Positions 1 to 8,700 of a DNA stretch of 26,819 nucleotides are shown here, piece after piece. Every line of letters begins with the position of its first letter. The stretch's first letter is position 1. Position numbers and translations under genes: made by a program. The DNA comes from an uncultured Candidatus Saccharibacteria bacterium (GTDB lineage Bacteria; Patescibacteriota; Minisyncoccia; Minisyncoccales; UBA1441): assembly GCA_964437355.1 (NCBI GenBank), contig CAYTGH010000001.1, positions 1 to 26,819 of the forward strand, written 5' to 3'. The notes under the pieces were generated by a model. It was not told where the DNA came from. It ran no database searches and saw nothing but the letters and a program-made list of their open reading frames with translations.

Positions 1-55
1 AAGTCTCTTAATAGTAATTATGAGCCCTAGTAAAGTCTCTTAATAGTAATTATGA
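1..55 (+). repeat. 32-bp tandem repeat (about 1.7 units visible, may extend upstream of the window) ending in the dnaA start codon
   Basis: AAGTCTCTTAATAGTAATTATGA occurs at 1-23 and 33-55 (period 32). The ATG of the second copy is the dnaA start at 52. Confidence 0.95.
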
Positions 56-1419
56 CAAAAGAAGAGCTCTGGGAATCCGTTTTAGCTCAACTTCAATTTA
101 AAGTTTCTAAAGCTAATTTTGCCACCTGGCTAAAGAACACCAGAATCACCCAAATGACAAATGGGGAGGTATATGTTGCTGTTCCTAATACTTTTTCTCG
201 TGAGTGGCTAAGTAAAAAATATCATCATTCTATTTTTGAGGTTTTACGAGAAGTAGATCCCCAAATAAAAAGCATCAAGTATATTATCCAAAAGGATCTG
301 GTTTCTGGAAAGAAATCATCCAAGCCAAACACTCAGCCATCTTCTCGTCCTTCCTTAAAAAACGAGCAGTCGGCCTTTGAAGAACTAAAAATTAATTCTC
401 AAACTAATCTCAACCCCCGTTATACCTTCGAACAATTTGTTATCGCCCCTTTTAATGAATTAGCCCAGGCAAGTGCTTGGGCTGTTACTAAAAATCCGGG
501 ACGGGTTTACAATCCTCTCCTTATTTACGGAGGCGTCGGTTTGGGAAAAACCCATTTGCTTCAAGCTATCGGTAACGGAGTTGATGCCGTGGCTGGTTTT
601 AGAATTCAATATCTATCATCAGAAAAATTGGTTTCCTCCATTGTTTCTAGTATTAGAAATCACAGCATTCAAGAATTAAAAGATAATCTTTGCCGCTTAG
701 ATATGATAATTGTTGACGATGTCCAATTTATGGCTGGCAAGGAAAAAACTCAAGAAGAATTCTTCCATATTTTTAACGCTCTTTACGAACGCAATAAACA
801 GATTGTTCTGTCTTCGGACCGACCCCCCAGCGCTATTGCTACTCTTGAAAAAAGACTCCAATCTCGTTTCGAGGGAGGCATGATCGCTGATATCAGCCAG
901 CCTGATTATGAAAGTCGCTTGGCTATTTTGGAAACCAAAGCTCAAGAATTAGACACAGAAATAGAGGCCGAGGTTTTATCTTATGTTGCTAATAACGTTC
1001 AAAAAAACATTAGAACATTAGAAGGAGCTATTCATCGAATTCGAGCTTATCAGAAACTCCATAACGAATCTCTCTCTCTGAGCAAGGCTAAAACCCTCCT
1101 TAAGGACTTGGCTGGATCTCCGCCAAAGATAACAACTCCTCAAAAAATCTTCAGCGCTGTCGCCGGTTATTACAATCTTAATCAGCAAGAATTATTTTCG
1201 GTAACACGCAAAAGAGAAATTGCTTGGCCAAGACAAGTAGCTATGTATTTTTTACGCAAGGAATTAAGAAAATCCTTCCCTCATATTGGAACAATATTTG
1301 GAGGAAAAGACCATACGACAGCTATTTATGCTTACAGAAAAATAGAAAAGCAGATAGAAGATGACGAGCAAACAGCCGAAGAAATTCATTTAGTTAAACA
1401 GAGGATTTATGCTGAATAA
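52..1419 (+). CDS. dnaA: Chromosomal replication initiator DnaA
   Basis: N-terminal LWESVL...FATWL, Walker A GGVGLGKTHL, IVDDVQF, RLQSRF, NIRTLEGA, domain IV RQVAMYF...GGKDHTT. Confidence 0.99.
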   Translation: MTKEELWESVLAQLQFKVSKANFATWLKNTRITQMTNGEVYVAVPNTFSREWLSKKYHHSIFEVLREVDPQIKSIKYIIQKDLVSGKKSSKPNTQPSSRPSLKNEQSAFEELKINSQTNLNPRYTFEQFVIAPFNELAQASAWAVTKNPGRVYNPLLIYGGVGLGKTHLLQAIGNGVDAVAGFRIQYLSSEKLVSSIVSSIRNHSIQELKDNLCRLDMIIVDDVQFMAGKEKTQEEFFHIFNALYERNKQIVLSSDRPPSAIATLEKRLQSRFEGGMIADISQPDYESRLAILETKAQELDTEIEAEVLSYVANNVQKNIRTLEGAIHRIRAYQKLHNESLSLSKAKTLLKDLAGSPPKITTPQKIFSAVAGYYNLNQQELFSVTRKREIAWPRQVAMYFLRKELRKSFPHIGTIFGGKDHTTAIYAYRKIEKQIEDDEQTAEEIHLVKQRIYAE

Positions 1420-1618
1420 AAAGTGGAATTCCTGTGGTGTTTTTAAAGCTGTTTTTGATTCGGAAAAAATAGTCAGTTTTTATTCAGAGAAAATCCACTG
1501 GTAAAATTTAAGCAAAGCCACGTGTTATATATAAAGAAAGCAAAATGCTAAATAATTCACTGTCTAGTAATAACAAGTAATTTAAATTAATAGTATAATT
1601 AATATTATAATAAATACT
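1420..1618. other. Probable replication origin (oriC) in the dnaA-dnaN intergenic region
   Basis: 199-bp gap, the largest in the window, between dnaA and dnaN. It has degenerate DnaA-box-like 9-mers (1422-1430 minus AATTCCACT, 1480-1488 TTATTCAGA, 1491-1499 AAATCCACT, 1553-1561 TAATTCACT) and an extremely AT-rich stretch at about 1566-1618. Confidence 0.7.
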
Positions 1619-2752
1619 ATGAAGTTAAAAGTTTTAAAAGAAGAATTAACTTTTGGTCTTAGTGTTGTTAGTCGTATTGCTACTCGCAATCCTAACTTGC
1701 CTATTTTAGAAGGGGTTTTATTGAATGCTGAGAAGAACTCTCTTTCTTTAACGACTACGGATTTGGAAGTGGGGACGAAGTGGTGGGTCTTAGCTAAAGT
1801 GGAAAAACCAGGGAAAGTGGTTATTCCGGCTCGAGTTGTTTCAGATTTAGTAAAATTGATTAGCGATCGAGAGCTTCAATTAGAGTCGGATAAAAAAAGT
1901 CTTCTTATTAAATATCAAAACGGGGAAAATCAAATTCAGGGATTAGAAGTCAATGATTTTCCTCTTTTACCCGAAGCCGAAGGAAAAACTTCGGTATGGG
2001 TTGATAGTTTTAAATTTTGCCAGGGGTTAAAACAAATACTCTATTGCGTTGCTTCTTCTGAAAGCCGTCCAGAAATCTCCGGGGTTTATTTACAATTTGA
2101 AGCCAAGCGCATTATCATGGTGGCCACGGATAGCTTTCGCTTAGCTGAAAAAATAGTCGAGCCAGTAGAAAAAGTGCAAGGGGATATTAAAAAACTTACT
2201 TTTATTCTTCCGGTCAAAACAGCTCAGCAGGTTATTGCCGTTTTTGAGACAATGGGAAAATCAATAAAAATTTATCTTTCCCCCGATCAAATGGTGTTCG
2301 AAAGCGATGTTGATGGTGCTTCTCATCCTCAAGTTCAAATTGTATCAAGACTGATTGAGGGAACTTACCCTGATTATCAAGGAGTTATTCCTAAAAGCTT
2401 TAAAACCAATGTCAAACTTTCACGCTCTCAATTATTGAATAAAATCAAGGCGGCTAATTTATTTAGCGATCAGGTGCGCGAAGTGCAATTAGCCATTCGT
2501 CCTAAGGAGAAGAAAGTATATATTGAATCTCGCAGTACGAAAATCGGAAAAAGCAAAGCATCTATTTCAGCTACTATTAAAGGAGAGGATTTAGATATTT
2601 CTTTTAATAGTAAATATCTTATTGACGTTCTCAGCAATCTTAGCAACGAGGAGATAGAGCTTAAACTTAATGATGGGGAGAAAGCTGGTCTTCTAAAACC
2701 AGCCGGAGACACTTTTTACCGCTATGTTCTTATGCCAATTAAATCTGCCTGA
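1619..2752 (+). CDS. dnaN: DNA polymerase III beta sliding clamp
   Basis: NLPILEGVLL, TTTDLE, SRPEISGV, VATDSFRLAE, SRLIEGTYPDY, ISFNSKYLID, C-terminal YVLMPI; follows dnaA. Confidence 0.99.
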   Translation: MKLKVLKEELTFGLSVVSRIATRNPNLPILEGVLLNAEKNSLSLTTTDLEVGTKWWVLAKVEKPGKVVIPARVVSDLVKLISDRELQLESDKKSLLIKYQNGENQIQGLEVNDFPLLPEAEGKTSVWVDSFKFCQGLKQILYCVASSESRPEISGVYLQFEAKRIIMVATDSFRLAEKIVEPVEKVQGDIKKLTFILPVKTAQQVIAVFETMGKSIKIYLSPDQMVFESDVDGASHPQVQIVSRLIEGTYPDYQGVIPKSFKTNVKLSRSQLLNKIKAANLFSDQVREVQLAIRPKEKKVYIESRSTKIGKSKASISATIKGEDLDISFNSKYLIDVLSNLSNEEIELKLNDGEKAGLLKPAGDTFYRYVLMPIKSA

Positions 2753-2753
2753 A

Positions 2754-4652
2754 CTAGGGAATAATTGGCAGAGCCTGTTGCATAAATTGATTCCAAATCC
2801 AGCCGGCGGTAGTGACGGCGGGCACTTTAGCCATTGGAGCCTGATTGTTATTACCCAACCAAACGCCAACGATAATTTTTGAAGTATAGCCAATGACCCA
2901 GGAGTCTCGAAAATCGTCGTTAGTTCCGGTTTTAGCAGCGACTTTATAGCCCGGGACATATAAATTGGAATGATAGCCGAACATTGGCGCTCGATCTTTT
3001 TCACTTGACAAAATATCAGTAATGGTCTGGGCAGTTGCCTCGCTGACCACTTGTCTTTTTTCTTCTTGACTTTGAGCTTGAAAAATAATATCGCCTTGGC
3101 TGTCTTCTATTTTAAGGATATCAAAGGGTTCTACTTTGTAACCGCCAGTGGCAAAAATACCGTAAGCGCTGGTCAGATCCAAGAGCTTGACGCCGCCTCC
3201 TCCAAGGACTAAAGAAGGAACAGCGGGCAAGGATGAAGAAATGCCAGCTGATTCTAAGGTTTGAATGCTGTCTTTTATACCAGCGAGGTATAGGAAAACT
3301 TTAACAGAAGGAACATTCAAAGACTGGGCTAAAGATTGTTTCAGCGTAACCGGTCCTCGAAAACGACCGTCGTAATTACCAGGAACGTAATCTTTGCCTC
3401 CCCAATTTCCGAAATTTGTTTGTTCGTCAATAATAATATGGGAAGGAGAAATTCCTTTTTCAAAAGCAGTAGCGTAAACGAAGGGCTTTAAAGAGGAGCC
3501 AGGGTGTCTTTCACCAAGACGAGCAATATCGAATTGAGGATTAAAAAGGCACTCGTTATTTTCAACTGAGCAACCAGAGGGATACGAATCGTCAGCGAAA
3601 TAATCCTTGGATCCCACGAGGGATAAAACTTCTCCTGTTCGGGGATCAATAGCGACCAAAGAACCATTATATACTTTATAGATTTTGTCTTTTGCTACTC
3701 CATTCTCGATAATTGTCTCAGCCTTTTCTTGGAGGGACCAGTTAAGGGTCGTGTAAACTTTAAATCCGCTTCGCTGGAGCAAGTTCAGTCCATAGGTGGT
3801 TTTTAATTCTTGGACGACATGGAGGGTAAAGTGAGGGGCTCTAAGGAGATGAGCTAGGCTAGAAAACTCGGGTTTCTGTTCCTGTGCTTCGGTCATTTGG
3901 TCTTGGCTGATATATCCTAACAGAGTCATGCGTTGGAGAACATAAGTTCTTCGGTCCGTAAGCTGGTCAAGATGTTGGCCGTAGGGGGAAAGATAACTGG
4001 GTGCTTTAATAAGGGCGGCTAAAGTGGTAGCTTCTACCAAGGAAAGATCGCTTGCCGGTTTATTAAAATAGCCCTGGCTGGCGGTTTCAGCGCCATAAAA
4101 ATTAGAGCCAAAGGGAACTTGGTTCAGGTACCATTCCAAAATTTGTTCTTTACTATATTTTCTTTCTAATTCTAAGCTTAAGATAATTTCTTCGGTTTTC
4201 CTCTTAACTGTTTTTTGATTATTGAGGAAATACGAGCGAATAAGTTGCTGAGTAATAGTTGATCCGCCCTGGGAAGGACTTTGGAGCCTTAAATCAGTGA
4301 GAATAGCTCGCGCTAAGCCGCGAAAATTAAGACCATGATGCTGGTAAAATTGGCCATCTTCGGCTGAGATAACGGCCTGTTGAAGATAGAGGGAAATTTT
4401 CTCTAAAGGAATAACAGTTCTATTTTCTTCGCCAACAATATTGTAAAGCAAAATCTGTCCCGTCTGGTCGTATATTTTAGTTGGCTGGTTGAATTGACTT
4501 TCAGCGAAATCCTCTGGTTGCGGCAATTCGCGGAGGTAGTTTAGGAAGACAACGGAAACAACGGCGGCTGATAACAGCAAGAGTATTATTATGGTTCGGC
4601 TCGTCCAGATAAGAACAGTATATAAAAAATGACGATGCTTGTTTTTTTTCAT
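2754..4652 (-). CDS. Class A bifunctional penicillin-binding protein (PBP1A family transglycosylase-transpeptidase)
   Basis: N-terminal TM; GT51 motifs EDGQFYQHHG, GGSTITQQL, RKTEE, YLN, FYGAETAS; transpeptidase SSLK, SLN, KTGT. Confidence 0.96.
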   Translation of the reverse strand: MKKNKHRHFLYTVLIWTSRTIIILLLLSAAVVSVVFLNYLRELPQPEDFAESQFNQPTKIYDQTGQILLYNIVGEENRTVIPLEKISLYLQQAVISAEDGQFYQHHGLNFRGLARAILTDLRLQSPSQGGSTITQQLIRSYFLNNQKTVKRKTEEIILSLELERKYSKEQILEWYLNQVPFGSNFYGAETASQGYFNKPASDLSLVEATTLAALIKAPSYLSPYGQHLDQLTDRRTYVLQRMTLLGYISQDQMTEAQEQKPEFSSLAHLLRAPHFTLHVVQELKTTYGLNLLQRSGFKVYTTLNWSLQEKAETIIENGVAKDKIYKVYNGSLVAIDPRTGEVLSLVGSKDYFADDSYPSGCSVENNECLFNPQFDIARLGERHPGSSLKPFVYATAFEKGISPSHIIIDEQTNFGNWGGKDYVPGNYDGRFRGPVTLKQSLAQSLNVPSVKVFLYLAGIKDSIQTLESAGISSSLPAVPSLVLGGGGVKLLDLTSAYGIFATGGYKVEPFDILKIEDSQGDIIFQAQSQEEKRQVVSEATAQTITDILSSEKDRAPMFGYHSNLYVPGYKVAAKTGTNDDFRDSWVIGYTSKIIVGVWLGNNNQAPMAKVPAVTTAGWIWNQFMQQALPIIP

Positions 4653-4681
4653 TGGACTCTTAGGACTTCAGCTATTATAAT
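4653..4681 (+). promoter_or_regulatory. Sigma70-type promoter for tyrS, probably leaderless; the -10 is symmetric
   Basis: TGGACT (4653-58), 17 bp, TATAAT (4676-81), with ATG ATG at 4687/4690. ATTATAAT (4674-81) is palindromic, so it also gives TATAAT on the minus strand toward the PBP gene. Confidence 0.6.
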
Positions 4682-4686
4682 AGAAA

Positions 4687-5898
4687 ATGATGGAAAAGAA
4701 TACCCTTAATCAAAAAATTCAAGAGATTTTAGAAAGAGGAGTGGAAAAAGTATATCCTTCTAAATCTTTCTTAAAAGAAAAGTTGCTTACTAAAAAACCG
4801 ATGAAGCTTTACGCCGGTTTGGACCCGACGGCCTCTTCTTTACATATTGGGCACTTGGCCATTTTAAATAAACTGGCTCAATTTCAAAAGCTAGGACATC
4901 AGGTCTTTTTTCTGATTGGAAATTTTACATCCCTTATCGGTGATCCCACGGGACGCTCTGCTGTTCGTCCCCAATTAACCGAAAAAGAGGTTTTAGCTAA
5001 TAGTCGTGTTTTCAAAGAGCAGGCGGAAAAAGTTTTGTCATTTGACTCTCCTAATCCTGCTCGAATAGTTTACAATAGCCAATGGCTTTCTGAATTAACC
5101 TTAAAAGATTTGATTAAGCTGACTTCCCATTTTACGGTTCAACAGATGATGGCGAGAGACATGTTTCAAAAAAGAGTAGCTAGTAAGAAACCGATATTTA
5201 TTCACGAGTTTCTTTATCCAATCTTCCAGGCCTATGACAGCGTCGCTCTCGAAGCGGATATGGAGGTGGGAGGCAATGATCAGACCTTCAATATGCTTTG
5301 TGGCCGATCTTTAGTAAAAGACTTACAACACCGGGAAAAGATTGTTTTGACGGGACAGCTTTTAATAAACGCTGACGGATCTAAAATGAGTAAAACTGCT
5401 TCGAATGCCGTTTTTCTCAGCGACGCTCCGTTAGAAATGTTCGGTAAAATTATGTCTTACCCTGACTCACTAATCGAACCAGCTTTTACTCTTTGTACGC
5501 AGGTTTCTTATGTCGAGGTAAAAAAAATAGGTAAAAATCTGAAGAAGCAAGAAATTAATCCTCGCGATGCTAAAATTCGTCTGGCCCAAGAAATCGTTGG
5601 CATTATCTGGGGGAAGGGAAAAGCCGTCCAAGCGGCTCAAGAATTCCAGCGCATCTTTCAGCAAAAATCATTGCCGTCTGAGATAGTAGAAGTTAAGCTG
5701 TCGAAACGGCGTATTTTGCTCGTTGATTTATTAATAAAAACCCATCTTGCCTCCTCCCATTCGGAAGCTCGAAGGTTAATTGCCCAAGGGGGCATTAAGA
5801 TTAATCAGCAAGTTCAAAGAGAATGGAATCAAGAAGTGGCCATACCCAAAGGTACGATTGTCCAGCGCGGAAAAAGGAAATTCGTGCGAATTCAATAA
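4687..5898 (+). CDS. tyrS: Tyrosine--tRNA ligase
   Basis: YAGLDPTASSLHIGH, YPIFQAYDS, GGNDQTFN, KMSKT, C-terminal S4 domain (SEARRLIAQGGIKIN). Start may be 4690. Confidence 0.98.
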   Translation: MMEKNTLNQKIQEILERGVEKVYPSKSFLKEKLLTKKPMKLYAGLDPTASSLHIGHLAILNKLAQFQKLGHQVFFLIGNFTSLIGDPTGRSAVRPQLTEKEVLANSRVFKEQAEKVLSFDSPNPARIVYNSQWLSELTLKDLIKLTSHFTVQQMMARDMFQKRVASKKPIFIHEFLYPIFQAYDSVALEADMEVGGNDQTFNMLCGRSLVKDLQHREKIVLTGQLLINADGSKMSKTASNAVFLSDAPLEMFGKIMSYPDSLIEPAFTLCTQVSYVEVKKIGKNLKKQEINPRDAKIRLAQEIVGIIWGKGKAVQAAQEFQRIFQQKSLPSEIVEVKLSKRRILLVDLLIKTHLASSHSEARRLIAQGGIKINQQVQREWNQEVAIPKGTIVQRGKRKFVRIQ

Positions 5899-5905
5899 AG
5901 AGTTA

Positions 5906-6844
5906 TTAAGTTCTAGAAAGGGATTTTTTTTGAAAAAATGCAAAGATGCTATTGGCGGCAATAGTGCCTTCGCTAGCAGCGGTAATGATCTGGCGAACAT
6001 TATCCGAGCTATCAGTAATATCTCCCGCGGCCCAAACGTGAGGATTGCTTGTTCTCTGATCTGCCCGAACTTTAATATAACCCTGGGTATTAGTTTCTAA
6101 TGCTAGCTGATTAGTTAATAATTTTTGAGGAATGGTTCCTATCTCAACAAAAATTCCCTGGAGAGGAATTCTTTTTTGTTTTTGATAAGGCTTATCTAAA
6201 ACGACAGCTTCTAAATCTTTTTCTCCTTCAAGAGCAGCAATTTGTCTTTCGTAAATCACTTCGATACGAGGATGATGAGTGACTTGGTTTATCCAGATTC
6301 TTTCTCCATGTAACTGAGGCCCTCGACATATTTGATAAACTTTTTTAGCTATTTTGGCTAAGTAAAGAGAAGCCGTTGTCGCGCTATCTCCACTGCCAAT
6401 AACAGCAACGATTTGATTTTTGTAAAACTGAGCGTCACAAGTAGCGCAATAAGAAAGCCCCTGCCCTAGGAATTTTTTTTCTTCAGGCAATTCTAACCGA
6501 CGATGTTGAGTTCCCGTTGCCAGCAAAATAGTTTCTGCAGAAAAATCTTTGTCCTCACGAGTCTTTAATTGAAAATTCTGCCCAGGAGATATTTTAGTTA
6601 CTTGATCAATTATTATTTGGGTCCCTAATGATTCAGCGTGTTCTCGCATCTTATTGACTATCTCGGCGCCAGAAATATTTTTTTCGGTAGGGAAATTACA
6701 GATTTGATGAGCTTCAGACATAAGTCCGCCCGAAGTAGCCCCGATAATAAGATGATTAATACCATAACGGGAAGCGTAAATCGAAGCGGTTAGCCCGGCC
6801 GGACCGGCTCCAATAATAATCAAAGGGTATTCCTTGTTTTCCAT
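5906..6844 (-). CDS. trxB: Thioredoxin-disulfide reductase family flavoprotein
   Basis: IIGAGPAGLTASIY FAD motif, GLSYCATCDA redox CxxC, VWAAGDIT, QIITAASEG. Confidence 0.93.
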   Translation of the reverse strand: MENKEYPLIIIGAGPAGLTASIYASRYGINHLIIGATSGGLMSEAHQICNFPTEKNISGAEIVNKMREHAESLGTQIIIDQVTKISPGQNFQLKTREDKDFSAETILLATGTQHRRLELPEEKKFLGQGLSYCATCDAQFYKNQIVAVIGSGDSATTASLYLAKIAKKVYQICRGPQLHGERIWINQVTHHPRIEVIYERQIAALEGEKDLEAVVLDKPYQKQKRIPLQGIFVEIGTIPQKLLTNQLALETNTQGYIKVRADQRTSNPHVWAAGDITDSSDNVRQIITAASEGTIAANSIFAFFQKKSLSRT

Positions 6845-6853
6845 AACAACTTT

Positions 6854-8083
6854 TTAAATTTTTCCTCTTAATTTTTCAGCGGTTAAGATTCTTCTAATGG
6901 CTAAAAGATAAGCCGCTGTCTTTAAGCTTATTTTTTGATGATGTTCTTTCTGGAGAGAAAGAACCCGAATCCAATTATTAATCATTTTTTCTTTTAGGAG
7001 CTTAGCTAAGTAGTCTTCCGCTAAAATATTTCCGGTTTTATTCTGGCACCATTCAAAATAGCTTACAATAACTCCACCAGAATTCACTAATACGTCTGGA
7101 ACAACAGTGATGTTTTTCGAAAAAAGTTGCTTCTCGGCAGAATAGGTAACCGGCCCGTTAGCCACTTCAACAATGTAAGAAGCATTAATTTTACCCACAT
7201 TTTTTTCGGTAATTTGGTTCTCAAGAGCGGCGAGGATGAGAATATCTACCGGAAGTTCAAGAATTTTTTGATTACTAATCGGTTGTCCTTTAGAATAATT
7301 AACAACAGATCCTTTTTCCTTTTTAGTTTTTCCCACCGCTACAATATCCAAACCATTTTTGTCATAGATTCCACCTTGGCTATCGCTGACGGCTACTATT
7401 TTGAAATGATTTTGATTTAACATTTGGGCCAAGTTAGCACCAGCATTGCCAAATCCCTGCATGGCAATCTTGAGGTGGCTTTTAGGCAAGCGATAAGTTT
7501 TTATTATTTCTTGGATAATAAAAAATCCTCCTTTAGCCGTGGCATCTGCCCTGAGTTTTAAACCGCCAAGAATTAAAGGCTTTCCGGTAATCATTGCTGG
7601 TTCGTGATGGCCAGTTTTCTTTTCATATTCGTCTAACATCCAAGCCATGGTCTGTGAATTTGTATAAACATCGGGAGCGGGAATATCTTTGTCTTGCCCC
7701 AGAACTGGGTAAAAGAAATCAATGAATTTACGGCTGATAATTTCTTGCGTCTTTAAAGAAGTTTTTTTCGGATTAAACTTGACAGCTCCTTTAGCTCCGC
7801 CATAAGGAATTTCCACTAAAGCGTTTTTGATAGTCATCCAAAAAGATAAAGAAGTTACTTCATCTTGATTTGCTTGCGGATGAAAACGGATGCCTCCTTT
7901 GCCCGGGCCGAGAGCATCATTAAAAAGAACGCGCCAAGCGGGATAAGCTTTCCCTTGAACCCTTAAAATCGTTTTTTTGACCCTCTGAGGATGAGAAAGC
8001 AATTGGACCTCTTTGGAGGACAATCGGTCAATTTTTTGGACCTCTTTAAGATAATAACGAATATTATTAAAGGTGTTGTTCAT
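6854..8083 (-). CDS. gdhA: Glu/Leu/Phe/Val dehydrogenase, most likely glutamate dehydrogenase
   Basis: GPGKGGIRFHP, MTIKNA, PYGGAKG, DIPAPDVYT, TGKP, QGFGNAG, EVANGP, PDVLVNSGGVIVSYFEW. Confidence 0.92.
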   Translation of the reverse strand: MNNTFNNIRYYLKEVQKIDRLSSKEVQLLSHPQRVKKTILRVQGKAYPAWRVLFNDALGPGKGGIRFHPQANQDEVTSLSFWMTIKNALVEIPYGGAKGAVKFNPKKTSLKTQEIISRKFIDFFYPVLGQDKDIPAPDVYTNSQTMAWMLDEYEKKTGHHEPAMITGKPLILGGLKLRADATAKGGFFIIQEIIKTYRLPKSHLKIAMQGFGNAGANLAQMLNQNHFKIVAVSDSQGGIYDKNGLDIVAVGKTKKEKGSVVNYSKGQPISNQKILELPVDILILAALENQITEKNVGKINASYIVEVANGPVTYSAEKQLFSKNITVVPDVLVNSGGVIVSYFEWCQNKTGNILAEDYLAKLLKEKMINNWIRVLSLQKEHHQKISLKTAAYLLAIRRILTAEKLRGKI

Positions 8084-8090
8084 GGTAAGT

Positions 8091-8444
8091 TTAGTTTTTC
8101 GATGTTTGAATATTTTTTAGAATTTCTTCTAATTCTTGCTGAAGAGCTTCTTTGGGCCTTAAGCCGATAAATTCTCGGATTATCTCCCCCTTGTAGAATA
8201 GTTTCATATTGGGAATACTGCGAATTTGATACTGGCCAGCTAAGTTAAGATTTTCTGGAATTTCGGTATTTAATTTAGCAATTCTTATTTTATCTTGCAT
8301 TTCATCGGCGATGCTTTCTAAGGCCGGCGCCATTAAAAGACAAGGCTGGCACCAAGGAGCCCAAAAATCCACGAGAACAGGAAGATCTGATTGTAAGACC
8401 TCCTTGTCAAAATTTTGGCTATTGACTTCAATAGATTGAGACAT
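8091..8444 (-). CDS. trxA: Thioredoxin
   Basis: FDKEVLQSDLPVLVDFWAPWCQPC and cis-Pro motif RSIP. Confidence 0.96.
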   Translation of the reverse strand: MSQSIEVNSQNFDKEVLQSDLPVLVDFWAPWCQPCLLMAPALESIADEMQDKIRIAKLNTEIPENLNLAGQYQIRSIPNMKLFYKGEIIREFIGLRPKEALQQELEEILKNIQTSKN

Positions 8445-8450
8445 GGTAGT

Positions 8451-8693
8451 TTATTTTTTAAGTATTTCTCGAAGAAGGAATTCCCACTCTTTTTTCTTTT
8501 TAACATTAAAAGAATAAAAACAGGCCTTGAAATGGTCCTGCAAATATAATTCAGTAATTTTTTTAATGGCCGCTTGAGCCGCTGATAATTGCTCAATGAC
8601 TTGACGGCAATTGGCTTCTTTTTCGATAAGCCGGCTGATTCCGTCTATTTGTCCCTTAATGATGTTGAAACGTTGGGGAAGACTTCTTGGCAT
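8451..8693 (-). CDS. CsoR/RcnR/FrmR-family (DUF156) transcriptional repressor
   Basis: RFNIIKGQIDGISRLIE...C29..VIEQLSAAQAAI...H54xxxC58, the C-H-C fingerprint; 80 aa; first gene of the operon. Confidence 0.93.
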   Translation of the reverse strand: MPRSLPQRFNIIKGQIDGISRLIEKEANCRQVIEQLSAAQAAIKKITELYLQDHFKACFYSFNVKKKKEWEFLLREILKK

Positions 8694-8700
8694 CTAAATC

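Noticed and set aside
473-3004. Short ORFs 473-679, 697-945, 2470-2712, 2693-3004
   Set aside because: Off-frame or antisense shadows of dnaA, dnaN and the PBP gene, with no motifs.
5470-8596. Short ORFs 5470-5664, 5776-6000, 5780-6100, 7127-7420, 8333-8596
   Set aside because: They overlap well-supported genes on another frame or strand and have no recognisable domains.
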